From an uncultured Spartobacteria bacterium (GTDB lineage Bacteria > Verrucomicrobiota > Verrucomicrobiia > Chthoniobacterales > UBA6821): 64,000 nucleotides of DNA. Positions 48,612-58,891 of the stretch are shown here, piece after piece. A program made the translations under genes and the position numbers. The notes under the pieces are model-generated. The model saw only the letters and a program-made list of their open reading frames with translations. It did no database searches and had not been told where the DNA came from. Numbering within the stretch: position 1 is the stretch's first letter; each line of letters begins with the position of its first letter. The DNA is taken from positions 3,451 to 67,450 of the forward strand of contig CAIKFI010000060.1 in NCBI GenBank assembly GCA_903826635.1. The letters run 5' to 3'.

Positions 48612-50426
48612 ATGTCACGTATCGCCGAAGAGAGCATCCAGCGAGTCGCCGATGCAAGCGATATTGTGGAGATCATCGGCGGCTATTTCCCCCTGAAGCG
48701 AGCCGGGACAAATTTTCGAGCCATCTGCCCATTTCACAAGGAAAAGAGTCCCTCCTTTCATGTAAATCCTTCGAGGCAGACGTTCCACTGTTTTGGCTGC
48801 GGTGCGGGGGGCGGGGTTTTTCGTTTTTTAATGGACTACGAGCATCTTGATTTTCCAAGCGCCGTTCGCAAACTCGCACAACGGGTCGGCATTCAAATTG
48901 CCGAGGATCTTGATCCCAAAGGAAACGCCCTCCGTGATCAACGAAGTCGTCTTCTGGAACTTCACCGAGAGGCCACGGCATGGTTTCATCTCAATCTTCT
49001 CAGGACCAAGTCTGCGGAACATGCTCGGGCTTATCTTAAGCAGAGGGGGCTCACCAAGGAGATCTCGGTCGGATGGCAGCTTGGATACGCCCCTTTGGGG
49101 TGGGATGTTTTCAGGGACTGGGCTCTTGGCAGAGGATTCTCCCGCGAGGAACTCCTTCTGGGGGGGATGATGACCGCAAAGGAGGGTGAAACGCAGGGTG
49201 GTTACGACCGTTTTAGAGACAGGCTGATGTTTCCTATCCGCAACGACTATGGGGATGTCATCGGATTCAGCGGACGCATTCTGAACGACTCACAAAAAGA
49301 GGCGAAATACGTAAATTCTCCGGAAACACCGATCTTCTCGAAGGGAAGGATTCTTTTTGGACTCGATAAGAGCAAACGCTCACTGATCGAATCAGGAGAG
49401 GCCGTTGTCTTGGAAGGACAAATCGATCTGATTTCGGCATTCGAGCATGGTGTCACTAATGGCGTGGCACCACAGGGAACAGCTTTCACCACGGATCAGG
49501 CAAGGTTGCTCAAAAGATTCGTGGAGAGGGTGATCCTTTGTTTTGACTCTGACACAGCAGGACAAAACGCCGTGGAACGCTCACTGCCCGCACTGCTCGG
49601 AGCTGGAATCGAGGTCCGTGTGGCACGACTTCCTCAAGGTGAAGATCCCGACTCGCTCATTCGCAACCAAGGAGTCGAGGCCTTTAGAAATCAAATCCGG
49701 GAGGCAACGGACTTTTTCGATCACACCATTGATTCTGCCATCCGGACATCCAAGGATCCCCTGTCGCCCCGTGAAAGAGCAACTCTTGCAAATAAACTGG
49801 GAGCTTACCTAATCCAGCTTCCGGACACGGCACTCCGTGAAACAACGACGGCCCATGTGGCTTCAAGACTAGGTCTCTCAGTCCGCTCTCTTTTGGAAAG
49901 TGCCTCCAAAAATCCACTGCCCCCACTTCTGGATAACGAGATGGATAAAGTTGTCAAAGGGTCTGAAAGGATAACCAGAGCTTCCGCCTCAACGGAACTA
50001 ATTTGTCGACTGGCCATCCTGTCACCGGATGTCAGGCATTGGTTGCGTATCCAAAAGAACTTCAGCCCCTTGGAACTGGATCCGGAACTTTCACTTCTGG
50101 AGGAACTGATGTCCCATTTGAGGGAGGACGAAGAGTTCTCTACGGCCACATTCCTGCCCAGGCTTCCTTCGCATCTCGAAGCATTAGTCAGTAGTTGGGA
50201 GTTGGAGGCGCTGCCCCCCCATCCGTTGCAAGCCGCTCAGGATTCCTTCAAGGGACTGCGTCTGGCTGATCTGAAAAGACAGCAGTCAACCATCACCCTC
50301 GAACTCAGAAAAGAGGGCCTGTCCCTCGAAAAAATGGCCTCCATTCAGAAAGACATCCTTGACCTGCAGGGAAAGATCAACGATCTTTCCGCCCCTGTGC
50401 AACAGGATCCAACCTTGCTCCGTTGA
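48612..50426 (+). CDS. dnaG: DNA primase
   Basis: From the ATG at 48612. Zinc ribbon [35 protein letters not shown] motifs [10 protein letters not shown] and FDSDTAG. Confidence 0.95.
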   Translation: MSRIAEESIQRVADASDIVEIIGGYFPLKRAGTNFRAICPFHKEKSPSFHVNPSRQTFHCFGCGAGGGVFRFLMDYEHLDFPSAVRKLAQRVGIQIAEDLDPKGNALRDQRSRLLELHREATAWFHLNLLRTKSAEHARAYLKQRGLTKEISVGWQLGYAPLGWDVFRDWALGRGFSREELLLGGMMTAKEGETQGGYDRFRDRLMFPIRNDYGDVIGFSGRILNDSQKEAKYVNSPETPIFSKGRILFGLDKSKRSLIESGEAVVLEGQIDLISAFEHGVTNGVAPQGTAFTTDQARLLKRFVERVILCFDSDTAGQNAVERSLPALLGAGIEVRVARLPQGEDPDSLIRNQGVEAFRNQIREATDFFDHTIDSAIRTSKDPLSPRERATLANKLGAYLIQLPDTALRETTTAHVASRLGLSVRSLLESASKNPLPPLLDNEMDKVVKGSERITRASASTELICRLAILSPDVRHWLRIQKNFSPLELDPELSLLEELMSHLREDEEFSTATFLPRLPSHLEALVSSWELEALPPHPLQAAQDSFKGLRLADLKRQQSTITLELRKEGLSLEKMASIQKDILDLQGKINDLSAPVQQDPTLLR

Positions 50427-52468
50427 AAAAATCCACCAAAACTTCCTCTAGCCGGAAACCCTCCGGAAAGCCCGCCAGACCTGCCACCAAAGCCAAAAAG
50501 GCAGTGTTAAAAAAGGCGCCTCTCAAAACAATCAAGCCCAAAGCCCTCTCCAAGGGCGGTTTGAAGACGTCCAAATCCGCGGACGTATCGGCGAAAAAGG
50601 TTGCTTCGCAAAAGCCCGTTAAAAAGCCCGTCAAAACTTCGCCTAAAACAGTGCAATCACCCGCGAAGAAAGTCACTGAACCAAAGGGTAAATCCTTAAC
50701 TCCAAAGAATTCCGTAGTAGGAAAACAAACTCAGGAAAAAGAACCGGTCAAAAAGGAAAAAACCGGACTATCCCTCTCCATCTCGGGTGCCGTTCCCGCC
50801 AATGCAAACGAGATGCAAAAGCTTCTCAAGGAGAAGGTCCGGGAATTGCTTAAACTTGCTAAAGAGCAGGGCTACATAACCTTTGAAGATCTGGATGAGC
50901 ATCTCCCCGAAGGCTTGAATGATCCCGAAACGATTGATTCGATCCTCTCACAACTCCGCGCCGTTGAGGTGGATATCATTGATGCCTCGGAAGTGGATCG
51001 GGTCAAAGAGGTCAAGAAAGACGATGAGGACGACAAGGACAAGGATCGTGACGATAAAGAGGAAAAAGCCGACGGTCGCCTGGATATCCTCGACGACCCT
51101 GTCCGAATGTATCTCAAACAGATGGGTCAAGTCCCCCTTCTCTCAAGGGAACAGGAAGTAGAGATCTCAAAAAGAATCGAGGAAGCAGAGATCAGGATGC
51201 AGGACGAACTGTATCGATTCGGCTTCATTGCGCATGCCCACATGGACATGGCCCAGCGTCTCCTAGACTCCCGTGAGCGTTTTGACCGTGTCATTCAGGA
51301 CAAAAAGATCGAGAGCAGGGAGCGTTATTTGAAGCTTCTACCCCGTCTCAGCCAGCAACTGCAACGTCTGGCGGACAATGTCTCCGATCATTTCGTCCAA
51401 AAGATTGCTCCGACAAAGAAAAACCCTACTCCAAAGGATCAGGAAGTCTTCGTCAAACAGATCGAGGAAGTCGTCAAGATTTACCCCAAGTTTTATTTTA
51501 AATCAAAGATCGTTGAGGACTTCGTTACCCATGCGGACGACCACCTCAAGAGTCTGATTTCTCTTCGTGACGAGCACGATAAGCATGCCTTGAAGAAAAA
51601 TCCGGATCCTCAGCACAAGAGGCACGTTGCCTCACTGGCTGCTCAAGTCGATGAGGCCCACCGCCGGAACTGGATGACAATCGATCAATTTCATGAGCGG
51701 CACCGCACGCTGAAGAAACATTACCGGGAAGCCCTCAGAGCCAAGACCGAGATGGTGGAAGCCAATCTCCGCCTTGTGATCTCGATTGCCAAAAAATACA
51801 CCAACCGCGGACTCTCCTTCCTCGACCTGATCCAAGAGGGAAACATGGGCCTCATGAAGGCGGTTGAGAAGTTCGAATATCGTCGCGGTTACAAATTCTC
51901 CACCTATGCAACATGGTGGATTCGTCAGGCGATCACACGATCCATCGCAGATCAGGCCCGCACGATCCGTATTCCGGTACACATGATCGAGACGATCAAC
52001 AAGCTCATCCGAGTCCAGAAGCAACTTGTTCAGGAATACGGTCGGGAACCATCAGCAGAAGAGATCGCCGATGAAATCCAACTTCCGGTGGGGCGTGTCC
52101 AAGCCGTTCTCAAGATGGCCCAGCAACCGATTTCATTACAGGCCCCGGTAGGAGACAGTGACGACACGAGCTTCGGAGATTTCATCGAGGACAAATCGGC
52201 GGATAATCCGGCTGATATGGCGGCCATCGTACTGCTCAAGGAGAAGATCAAGGATGTCCTTGATTCCCTTACGGAACGCGAACGCCAGGTGCTCGAACAG
52301 AGGTTTGGCCTTGTGGACGGATATTCCCGGACTCTCGAAGAGGTCGGCAAACAGTTCAAGGTAACTCGTGAGCGTATCCGCCAGATCGAGGCCAAAGCGC
52401 TTCGCAAGATGCGTCATCCGACTCGTCTCCGTCAGCTTGAGGGCTTCCTTGAGCCGAAGGACATGTAG
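50423..52468 (+). CDS. rpoD: RNA polymerase sigma factor RpoD (sigma-70) with Lys/Pro/Ala-rich N-terminal extension
   Basis: Regions 1.2-4.2 are unmistakable ([94 protein letters not shown]). The frame stays open back to the TTG at 50423, which overlaps the dnaG stop. The first ATG is at 50813. Confidence 0.93.
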   Translation: MKKSTKTSSSRKPSGKPARPATKAKKAVLKKAPLKTIKPKALSKGGLKTSKSADVSAKKVASQKPVKKPVKTSPKTVQSPAKKVTEPKGKSLTPKNSVVGKQTQEKEPVKKEKTGLSLSISGAVPANANEMQKLLKEKVRELLKLAKEQGYITFEDLDEHLPEGLNDPETIDSILSQLRAVEVDIIDASEVDRVKEVKKDDEDDKDKDRDDKEEKADGRLDILDDPVRMYLKQMGQVPLLSREQEVEISKRIEEAEIRMQDELYRFGFIAHAHMDMAQRLLDSRERFDRVIQDKKIESRERYLKLLPRLSQQLQRLADNVSDHFVQKIAPTKKNPTPKDQEVFVKQIEEVVKIYPKFYFKSKIVEDFVTHADDHLKSLISLRDEHDKHALKKNPDPQHKRHVASLAAQVDEAHRRNWMTIDQFHERHRTLKKHYREALRAKTEMVEANLRLVISIAKKYTNRGLSFLDLIQEGNMGLMKAVEKFEYRRGYKFSTYATWWIRQAITRSIADQARTIRIPVHMIETINKLIRVQKQLVQEYGREPSAEEIADEIQLPVGRVQAVLKMAQQPISLQAPVGDSDDTSFGDFIEDKSADNPADMAAIVLLKEKIKDVLDSLTERERQVLEQRFGLVDGYSRTLEEVGKQFKVTRERIRQIEAKALRKMRHPTRLRQLEGFLEPKDM

Positions 52469-52486
52469 GAATCTCCTAGTTGTAAT

Positions 52487-52516
52487 AAAAAAAAGGGGAT
52501 CCCCTACCCCTTTTTT
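52487..52516. terminator. bidirectional rho-independent terminator after rpoD
   Basis: A8-GGGG-ATCCCCTA-CCCC-T6. This is a GC stem flanked by an A-run and a T-run, 19 nt after the rpoD stop. Confidence 0.7.
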
Positions 52517-52559
52517 GCGACTTTTTCCGTTTTTTGGTGTTCTAAGAAATAAGAAGTTT

Positions 52560-53012
52560 ATGTCAGAAAGGCATCTTAATCACGAACACCAGCAGGAAAC
52601 GGAGGAAGGAAATGATCTCCTCTGGAATTTACTTGGCAGGGCAAAGAACTCCAAGTCGGTGAAACCAAGCCCATGGTTTGTGACGAGGACCGTCGCAATG
52701 GCAACCTCTGCACCTCAATATTCCCATCTTTTTTGTCACTTCCACAAGTTCATTGGCGGAATTTTCCCCAACAATAGTCTCCTGCTCCACAGTTTAAGGA
52801 TCACGATGATCAGCGGTCTTTCCGCAACCCTATTGTTCACTTTTCATGGTTATGTCTTCCCTCAACGCTCAGAAAAAGCACATCAGCCACAAATTGCCTC
52901 CGGACAGATTGGAATAAAAATGTCCACAGCTCACCCTTGGGCATCTCCCTCTTTTGTCTCCACGGAAGAAGATTTCAAGGACCACATCGAACTCTTGACC
53001 TCCACGGATTGA
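52560..53012 (+). CDS. hypothetical membrane protein
   Basis: ATG at 52560 (MSERHLNHEHQQETEEGNDLLWNLLGRA...) and one or two hydrophobic segments. The track ORF start at 52368 overlaps rpoD and the terminator. Confidence 0.4.
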   Translation: MSERHLNHEHQQETEEGNDLLWNLLGRAKNSKSVKPSPWFVTRTVAMATSAPQYSHLFCHFHKFIGGIFPNNSLLLHSLRITMISGLSATLLFTFHGYVFPQRSEKAHQPQIASGQIGIKMSTAHPWASPSFVSTEEDFKDHIELLTSTD

Positions 53013-53069
53013 AAGAGGTCACTTGAGAAACTACCTATCCCCCAAAGAGGGTGGAAATTGGTTTTTTGT

Positions 53070-53678
53070 CTACTCCGCGACCAAAACAGGCGTTTGCAGC
53101 GTGACATATTTGTAAATGGTCCCGGCCATCTCGAGAGGGAGGCGGATACAACCGTGGGAGGCCGGATATCCGGGCAGGATTCCAGCATGTAAACCGACTC
53201 CCGCAGGAGTTAAGCGCATAAAGTATTTCATCGGCGCCCCGCGGAAATGGGTTCCGCTTGGGGCTGAGTTCAACCTGCTGCTGACTCCGGAACGGACTGT
53301 ATGTCCAAGGCTGTCGACAAATTCCCCATAGAGTGATGAGTAGTGATTGGGATCCTTTTCCAGGATGACGAATTCTCCCGAGGGTGTCCATCCATGTCGA
53401 CGCCCCGAGGAAATCGGTGTCTCGATGGCAATCCGACTGCCACTCATGAGATAGGCACGTTGCTTGGAAAGAATGACGATAAGTCTGAACGACCCGGGTG
53501 GAGCCTTTGAGAGAACTTCGGGAAATACTTTTCCCGGTTCCTGAGCATTGATCAACTGGGAAGCCGGTTTCATACTTGCATACTTTTCACCGTCAGCAGT
53601 CGTAGCGTGCGAAGAAAGCACGATGGAAGTTACGATCATCGAAACAAGAATCGAAAGCCAGGCACTCTGCGTATTCAT
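53070..53678 (-). CDS. L,D-transpeptidase (YkuD domain), secreted
   Basis: From the ATG at 53678 (MNTQSAWLSILVSMIVTSIVLSSHA signal). Catalytic motif ASHGCIRLPLEMAGTIYKYVTLQTPVLV. Confidence 0.85.
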   Translation of the reverse strand: MNTQSAWLSILVSMIVTSIVLSSHATTADGEKYASMKPASQLINAQEPGKVFPEVLSKAPPGSFRLIVILSKQRAYLMSGSRIAIETPISSGRRHGWTPSGEFVILEKDPNHYSSLYGEFVDSLGHTVRSGVSSRLNSAPSGTHFRGAPMKYFMRLTPAGVGLHAGILPGYPASHGCIRLPLEMAGTIYKYVTLQTPVLVAE

Positions 53679-53780
53679 CTCCCTGCAAATTATCATCGAT
53701 AAAGCCTTGCAGGGAAAGTTATCATCTAAGGAGCAATGCGAATCTCCCGGGCTTTTTAAACCCCTCCTTGCGAAAAACGG

Positions 53781-54872
53781 ATGATCGAGCATCTCTACAT
53801 ACACATCCCTTTTTGCCCCAACATTTGCCCTTATTGTGCCTTTTACAAGGAGTCTGCCGGGCGCGAGCGCGTGGAGAAATTCCTGGAGGCCCTCTTGAAG
53901 GAGGCTGATCATTGGTCAGACAGGCTGAGACCACGGACAGTATTCTTCGGAGGCGGCACACCCAGCGCTCTCTCAGTACCCCAATTCGAAAAACTTCTCT
54001 CGGGCTTGCAATCCAGATTGGATCTCAGCGGACTCGAGGAATGGACTATCGAAATGAACCCGGCCACGGTTTCCTCGGAGAAGGCGGATCTGCTCCGTAA
54101 TTCGGGCATCAACAGGATCAGCATGGGAGTCCAATCATGGGACAATGAGGTCCTAAAAGCGCTTGGTCGGACTCATGATGCCAAAAAAGCCTTGGAATCC
54201 TTCGATATCCTGAGGGCTGCAGGATTCGACAATCTCTCCATCGATCTGATATTCGGAGTGCCCGGACAATCACTCGATTCATGGCGCGAATCCCTTGAAC
54301 AGAGCATCCTGATGTCACCCGAACACCTCTCGGCTTACGGGCTCACCTATGAAGAGGACACGGATTTCTTCCAAAAGTTGGGACGTGGTGAAATGACCCC
54401 CGACGAAGGCCTGGAAGCCGACCAATTTGAGCTGACTCGGGAACTCTTGGCTCCTTCGGGATACCGTCAGTATGAACTCTCCAATTATGCATACGAAGGA
54501 CGCGAATCCCTCCACAATTCAGCTTATTGGTCGGGTGCCGACTATCTGGGACTCGGCCCAAGTGCCTTCTCGACGGTCGGTTCCTTGCGCTGGCGCAACA
54601 TCAGGGAGACGGGAATCTACAGTGAATCAACCCTTCAGGGCAGAACGGGTGTCGATTTTGAGGAAGAGGTGACAAATGCCATGAAATTTTCCGAGAGAGC
54701 CGCCTTCGGGATGAGGACTCTTCGGGGGATCTCCTTAGAGGATGCCGCTGCATGGGAGGGGCCTCTCAGGGAGGCCCAACATCACGGCCTGGTCAATCTT
54801 TCCGAAGACCGCTGGATCTTGACCCGAAAAGGGAGGCTACTTGCCGATAACGTGGCCGAGATCTTCGTGTGA
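53781..54872 (+). CDS. hemW: radical SAM heme chaperone HemW (HemN-like, coproporphyrinogen-oxidase family)
   Basis: LYIHIPFCPNICPYCAFY cluster motif, FFGGGTPS and HLSAYGLTYEE. The 363-aa size fits HemW rather than HemN. Confidence 0.85.
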   Translation: MIEHLYIHIPFCPNICPYCAFYKESAGRERVEKFLEALLKEADHWSDRLRPRTVFFGGGTPSALSVPQFEKLLSGLQSRLDLSGLEEWTIEMNPATVSSEKADLLRNSGINRISMGVQSWDNEVLKALGRTHDAKKALESFDILRAAGFDNLSIDLIFGVPGQSLDSWRESLEQSILMSPEHLSAYGLTYEEDTDFFQKLGRGEMTPDEGLEADQFELTRELLAPSGYRQYELSNYAYEGRESLHNSAYWSGADYLGLGPSAFSTVGSLRWRNIRETGIYSESTLQGRTGVDFEEEVTNAMKFSERAAFGMRTLRGISLEDAAAWEGPLREAQHHGLVNLSEDRWILTRKGRLLADNVAEIFV

Positions 54873-56008
54873 AAGAGTTTGATCTGATTGTCGTGGGAGC
54901 TGGGCCGGGGGGGAGCACTTGTGCAGCTCTCTGTGTAGAGAACGGTGGAAAGGTCTTGATCCTGGAGGCGTGCAAGTTTCCAAGGGATAAAGTCTGCGGT
55001 GACTGCCTTAATCCCACGGTATGGCCGATCCTTGAACAACTCGGTCTTGCCTCGGCAGTTCGATCGCTTCCCTCAACCACACCCGCAGCAATGCGCTTTT
55101 CTGTTTCCGGTCATCGTGAGGTCGAAATACCAACGACTGCACCCTCCGATGAGCACTCCTATCACGAAGAGAGAGTCGTCAGGCGCAGGGATTTCGATGC
55201 CTTGCTTGCGGCCAGAGCTGTCGAACTTGGGGCTGTGCTTAAAGATGGAACCCCCGTAACAGGACTGCGTCATGAATCAGGAATATGGGAGGTAATGGTT
55301 GCTTCGGGTGAAATCTTCCGTGCCCCCCGGGTTGTCGCTGCCGATGGACGCAATTCAGTCATCGCAAGGCATCGGCGATTCTACGCATCGGAAGCGATCG
55401 ATCGTCGCATCGGCATGCAGACCCACCTTCCCCACCCCGTCGGTTATGATGGGACTCTCTCCATGCGCTTTTATCGCCATGGATACGGAGGTATCGCCGA
55501 TCTGGGAGGGGGATTGGCCAATCTCTGTCTCGTCGCGAACAAGAACTCCATGAAGGAACTCCGCAGGGAGGTCGAAGATCATTTTGGCATCCATGACCGT
55601 GTCGTATGGCGGAGCATCACCCCCATTGCAAGAGCACAGGCCAAGGAACCAGCCCGCGACGGAATTTATCTTTGCGGGGATGCCGCCCGCGTTGTGGAGC
55701 CCTTCACAGGAGAAGGCATCTCCTATGCCCTGCGAAGCGGAGCACTCCTTGCACGTATCCTGAGCGAATCAAACGGACTCAATACCCCTCCTTCGCGGCA
55801 TCAGGACGAGATCTACCGCCTTGCACACGGAAAACTCTATGGGAAGAGCATCTGGATCAACCGGTTGACACGATTTCTCTCAGAGCATCCCGGCGTTGCC
55901 CAATCGCTCGGTCCACTTCTTTTGAAATATCCCGCATTACTTGGCTTCCTCACCAAAAAAGTCCTCAACAATCAAACCAGAGGTTCCAAATGTCGGGAAT
56001 CCCATTGA
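54869..56008 (+). CDS. geranylgeranyl-reductase-family FAD-dependent oxidoreductase
   Basis: DLIVVGAGPGGSTCA dinucleotide fold, PRDKVCGDCL motif, and GDAARVVEPFTGEGI. The GTG start overlaps the hemW stop (GTGA). Confidence 0.8.
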   Translation: MKEFDLIVVGAGPGGSTCAALCVENGGKVLILEACKFPRDKVCGDCLNPTVWPILEQLGLASAVRSLPSTTPAAMRFSVSGHREVEIPTTAPSDEHSYHEERVVRRRDFDALLAARAVELGAVLKDGTPVTGLRHESGIWEVMVASGEIFRAPRVVAADGRNSVIARHRRFYASEAIDRRIGMQTHLPHPVGYDGTLSMRFYRHGYGGIADLGGGLANLCLVANKNSMKELRREVEDHFGIHDRVVWRSITPIARAQAKEPARDGIYLCGDAARVVEPFTGEGISYALRSGALLARILSESNGLNTPPSRHQDEIYRLAHGKLYGKSIWINRLTRFLSEHPGVAQSLGPLLLKYPALLGFLTKKVLNNQTRGSKCRESH

Positions 56009-56043
56009 ATTTACCCAAAAAAAACCCTTCTATCTCATTAGTC

Positions 56044-57591
56044 ATGTCTGTTGAAATTCTCTCCCGTATCCAATTCGCGCTGACCGTCTCCTTTCACTTC
56101 CTCTACCCGCCGATGACCATCGGACTGGGAATGATGCTGGTGATCATGGAGGGGCTCTATCTCAAGACCAAGAATCCCCTCTTCCATCAACTGGCTCATT
56201 TCTGGACCAAGATCTTCGGACTGATCTTCGCCATAGGAGTCGCCACGGGGATTGTCATGGAATTTGAATTCGGAACAAACTGGGCAGCCTACTCCCGTTT
56301 TGTAGGTGATATTTTTGGAAGTGCATTGGCCGCCGAGGGAATCTTCGCCTTCTTTCTCGAGTCCGGATTCCTTGCCCTGCTTCTCTTTGGATGGGACAAA
56401 GTGGGGCCCAAGACACACTTCTTTGCAACGTGCATGGTCTGTCTGGGGTCTCATTTCAGTGCCATCTGGATCTTGATCGCCAACTCCTGGATGCAGACCC
56501 CCGCAGGGTTCCACCTTGAGAGGATCACAGGTTCAACCCACGTGCGACTCCCTGAGGGTTACATCGTCAAGGCGTCGGATCTTGGTCATGTCAGGGCCGT
56601 TGTAGATAATTTCTGGGGGATGATTTTCAACCCCTCCTCTATGAACAGGATCTCCCACGTGGTTTTAGGTGCCTGGCTAGTGGGTGCTTTTCTCGTCATG
56701 AGCATTTGTGCTTGGTATCTGCTCAAGGGGCGTTTCACGACATTCGCCAAGACATCGATGACCGTTGCCGCCTGCTTCGCCGCATTCACCACCGTTCTAC
56801 AATCAATCAGTGCGGACGCAACCGCTCGAGGGGTAGTCAAAAATCAACCGATCAAACTCGCCTCCATGGAGGGAGTTTACGAGACGCATGATTACACCCC
56901 GATGACACTGTTCGGTTATGTCGACACGAAGAAGCAGGTGGTCCATGGCCCCCAAATTCCCGCTCTTCTGAGTTTTCTCTGCTTTCATAACTTCAAACAA
57001 CCGGTGCAGGGACTCCTCTCTATGCCTAGTGATGAGTTCCTAGCAGCCCGAAATCCTGGGCTCTCAAGCGAGAAACTTGCTGAGATCAGACCCAGTTATT
57101 GGCCGATGGTTCAGGCGGTTTTCCAAACCTATCATATCATGATCTGTGTCGGATCAGCAGTCTTTGGCCTCTCCTTCCTTGCTCTCACCCTTCTCTGGCG
57201 AGGATGGCTCTTCAGAACGGACAATCCTCTCATTCGCTTCCTTCTCTGGATTTATGTCTTTGCGGTCATTGCCCCCCAGGTCTGCATGCAGGCTGGATGG
57301 TTCACAGCCGAGATGGGGCGCCAGCCCTGGATTGTCTACAACATGCTCAAGACATCCGACGGACTCTCTCGAGCCGTTCAGGCCAACCAAGTGGTCTTCT
57401 CCATCATCCTTTTTTCACTGATCTACACCCTCCTTTTCATCACGTTCCTCTATCTACTGAACAGTAAGATCCAGCACGGACCTGATGACGACGTGGATCA
57501 TCACACCAAGGCGATCGGAGTCTCATCCGATACATCGGATATTGCCGGAGATCTCTTCTCCCGCAAGGGTCGCGCATCCAACCAAAAATAA
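56044..57591 (+). CDS. cydA: cytochrome bd-type quinol oxidase subunit I
   Basis: From the ATG at 56044. [36 protein letters not shown], and [15 protein letters not shown]. Confidence 0.95.
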   Translation: MSVEILSRIQFALTVSFHFLYPPMTIGLGMMLVIMEGLYLKTKNPLFHQLAHFWTKIFGLIFAIGVATGIVMEFEFGTNWAAYSRFVGDIFGSALAAEGIFAFFLESGFLALLLFGWDKVGPKTHFFATCMVCLGSHFSAIWILIANSWMQTPAGFHLERITGSTHVRLPEGYIVKASDLGHVRAVVDNFWGMIFNPSSMNRISHVVLGAWLVGAFLVMSICAWYLLKGRFTTFAKTSMTVAACFAAFTTVLQSISADATARGVVKNQPIKLASMEGVYETHDYTPMTLFGYVDTKKQVVHGPQIPALLSFLCFHNFKQPVQGLLSMPSDEFLAARNPGLSSEKLAEIRPSYWPMVQAVFQTYHIMICVGSAVFGLSFLALTLLWRGWLFRTDNPLIRFLLWIYVFAVIAPQVCMQAGWFTAEMGRQPWIVYNMLKTSDGLSRAVQANQVVFSIILFSLIYTLLFITFLYLLNSKIQHGPDDDVDHHTKAIGVSSDTSDIAGDLFSRKGRASNQK

Positions 57592-57603
57592 ACGATCCGC
57601 GCC

Positions 57604-58641
57604 ATGCACCAACTTCAGCACATCCCCCTCCTGAACAGCATTTGGTTCGTTCTTGTCGGCATCTTACTGACGGGTTACGCCATCCTTGATGGGTTTGACT
57701 TCGGTGTCGGCATCCTTCACCTCTTCGTGAAGAAGGATGAGGATCGCCGCATTCTCCTGAACTCTATCGGCCCCGTCTGGGATGGTAATGAGGTCTGGCT
57801 TGTCACGGGAGGAGGAGCCCTCTTTGCGGCATTTCCCGGTGCTTATGCCACTGTCTTTTCAGGATTCTATAACGCCTTCATGCTACTATTGGTGGCTCTC
57901 ATTTTTCGCGCTGTGTCCATCGAGTTTCGGAGCAAGGAACCAAGTTTTGCCTGGCGTCAGTCGTGGGATATCGCCTTCAGTAGTGCGAGTTTCCTTGCGG
58001 CCCTGCTGATCGGAGTGACGATGGGAAATATCACCCGAGGGATCCACTTAGACTCCCAAGGTGACTATGTCGGTAGTTTCATCGACTTGCTTAACCCTTA
58101 TTCTCTCCTGCTAGGCGTCACTGTGGTTGCCCTCTTTGCGATGCATGGCTCGATCTTCCTTGTCCTCAAGACCGAGGGAGAACTTCAGTCCACCATCAAG
58201 GGATGGGTTCCGCGTCTCATTGCGATCTTTCTTGTGCTCTTTCTCTGCTTCAATGCGGCAACCTTCTTTGAGTGTCCCGATCTTGTCACCACAATGATCA
58301 AACGTCCCTATGGTTTTGCTGTATTGGCCCTTGATATTGCCGCTGCGATCTCTATCGGCCTGATGGTCAAACGCGGATATGAATTCGGCGCCTTCCTGAT
58401 GTCCTCACTCACCATGGTCCTCCTGATGGCCGTCTTGGGAATCTCCTACTTCCCAAACATCGTGATGTCGATGCCGGATCCGGCCAATAGCCTCACGATC
58501 ACGAACTGCTCCTCCTCTCACAAGACTCTCGGGTATATGTTCATCATCGCCTGCATTGGAGTCCCGATTGTCCTAGCCTACACGGTAAGCATCTACTGGA
58601 TCTTCCGGGGTAAGACCCGTTTGGGACACGTCGGATACTAG
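57604..58641 (+). CDS. cydB: cytochrome bd-type quinol oxidase subunit II
   Basis: LTGYAILDGFDFGVGIL and IGPVWDGNEVWLVTGGGALFAAFP. Lies 12 nt after cydA. Confidence 0.93.
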   Translation: MHQLQHIPLLNSIWFVLVGILLTGYAILDGFDFGVGILHLFVKKDEDRRILLNSIGPVWDGNEVWLVTGGGALFAAFPGAYATVFSGFYNAFMLLLVALIFRAVSIEFRSKEPSFAWRQSWDIAFSSASFLAALLIGVTMGNITRGIHLDSQGDYVGSFIDLLNPYSLLLGVTVVALFAMHGSIFLVLKTEGELQSTIKGWVPRLIAIFLVLFLCFNAATFFECPDLVTTMIKRPYGFAVLALDIAAAISIGLMVKRGYEFGAFLMSSLTMVLLMAVLGISYFPNIVMSMPDPANSLTITNCSSSHKTLGYMFIIACIGVPIVLAYTVSIYWIFRGKTRLGHVGY

Positions 58642-58698
58642 TTAGGACTTCAGGACTCTTCGGTCGCACCATAAGATCCTAAGTTTATTTATTCGAAT

Positions 58699-58771
58699 GG
58701 CGGTGTAGTCCAACGGCAGAGACAAGCGACTTAAAATCGCTCCAGTGTGGGTTCGAGTCCCACCACCGCTA
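58699..58771 (+). tRNA. 73-nt tRNA, anticodon UAA (Leu by anticodon), tRNA-Leu-like D-arm but short 5-nt variable region
   Basis: Hand fold. Acceptor GGCGGTG/CACCGCT. D-arm GTC-CAACGGCAGA-GAC. Anticodon arm AGCGA-CTTAAAA-TCGCT, with TAA at 58732-58734. Variable region CCAGT. T-arm GTGGG-TTCGAGT-CCCAC. Discriminator A, no encoded CCA. Confidence 0.8.
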
Positions 58772-58784
58772 CGAGGATCATTTG

Positions 58785-58810
58785 ACCAAGCATCCGAGAA
58801 AATGCTTGGT
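58785..58810 (+). terminator. 9-bp hairpin downstream of the tRNA (terminator-like, weak T tract)
   Basis: ACCAAGCAT-CCGAGAAA-ATGCTTGGT, followed by CCTATTATCTTG. Confidence 0.35.
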
Positions 58811-58891
58811 CCTATTATCTTGTCGAATATTGACCCTCGTAAGATAGTTTTATCGTTAACACCCATCTATCTGCTTATGACATTTCCTTCG

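Noticed and set aside
52495-52504. GGGGATCCCC palindrome (contains a BamHI site) after rpoD
   Set aside because: It is part of the terminator stem flanked by A8 and T6. It needs no restriction-modification or protein-binding explanation.
55606-56043. Upstream extension of the cydA ORF overlapping the flavoprotein gene
   Set aside because: The translation (MAEHHPHCKSTGQGTSPRRNLSLRGCRPRCG...) is low-complexity and out of frame with the clearly real GGR-family gene. CydA homology starts at the ATG at 56044 ([14 protein letters not shown]).
58699-58771. Reading the tRNA on the minus strand, where the anticodon loop would be TTTTAAG with anticodon UUA (a UAA-stop suppressor)
   Set aside because: The canonical T-loop (GTTCGAGTC), the G18G19 D-loop, U8 and U33 exist only on the plus strand. 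The reverse complement is not tRNA-like.
58642-58891. Minus-strand ORF 58642..58866 and the 5' part of plus-strand ORF 58745..59581, both overlapping the tRNA
   Set aside because: The tRNA cloverleaf explains the sequence. The regulator has in-frame ATGs at 58877 and 58892 just before the receiver domain.
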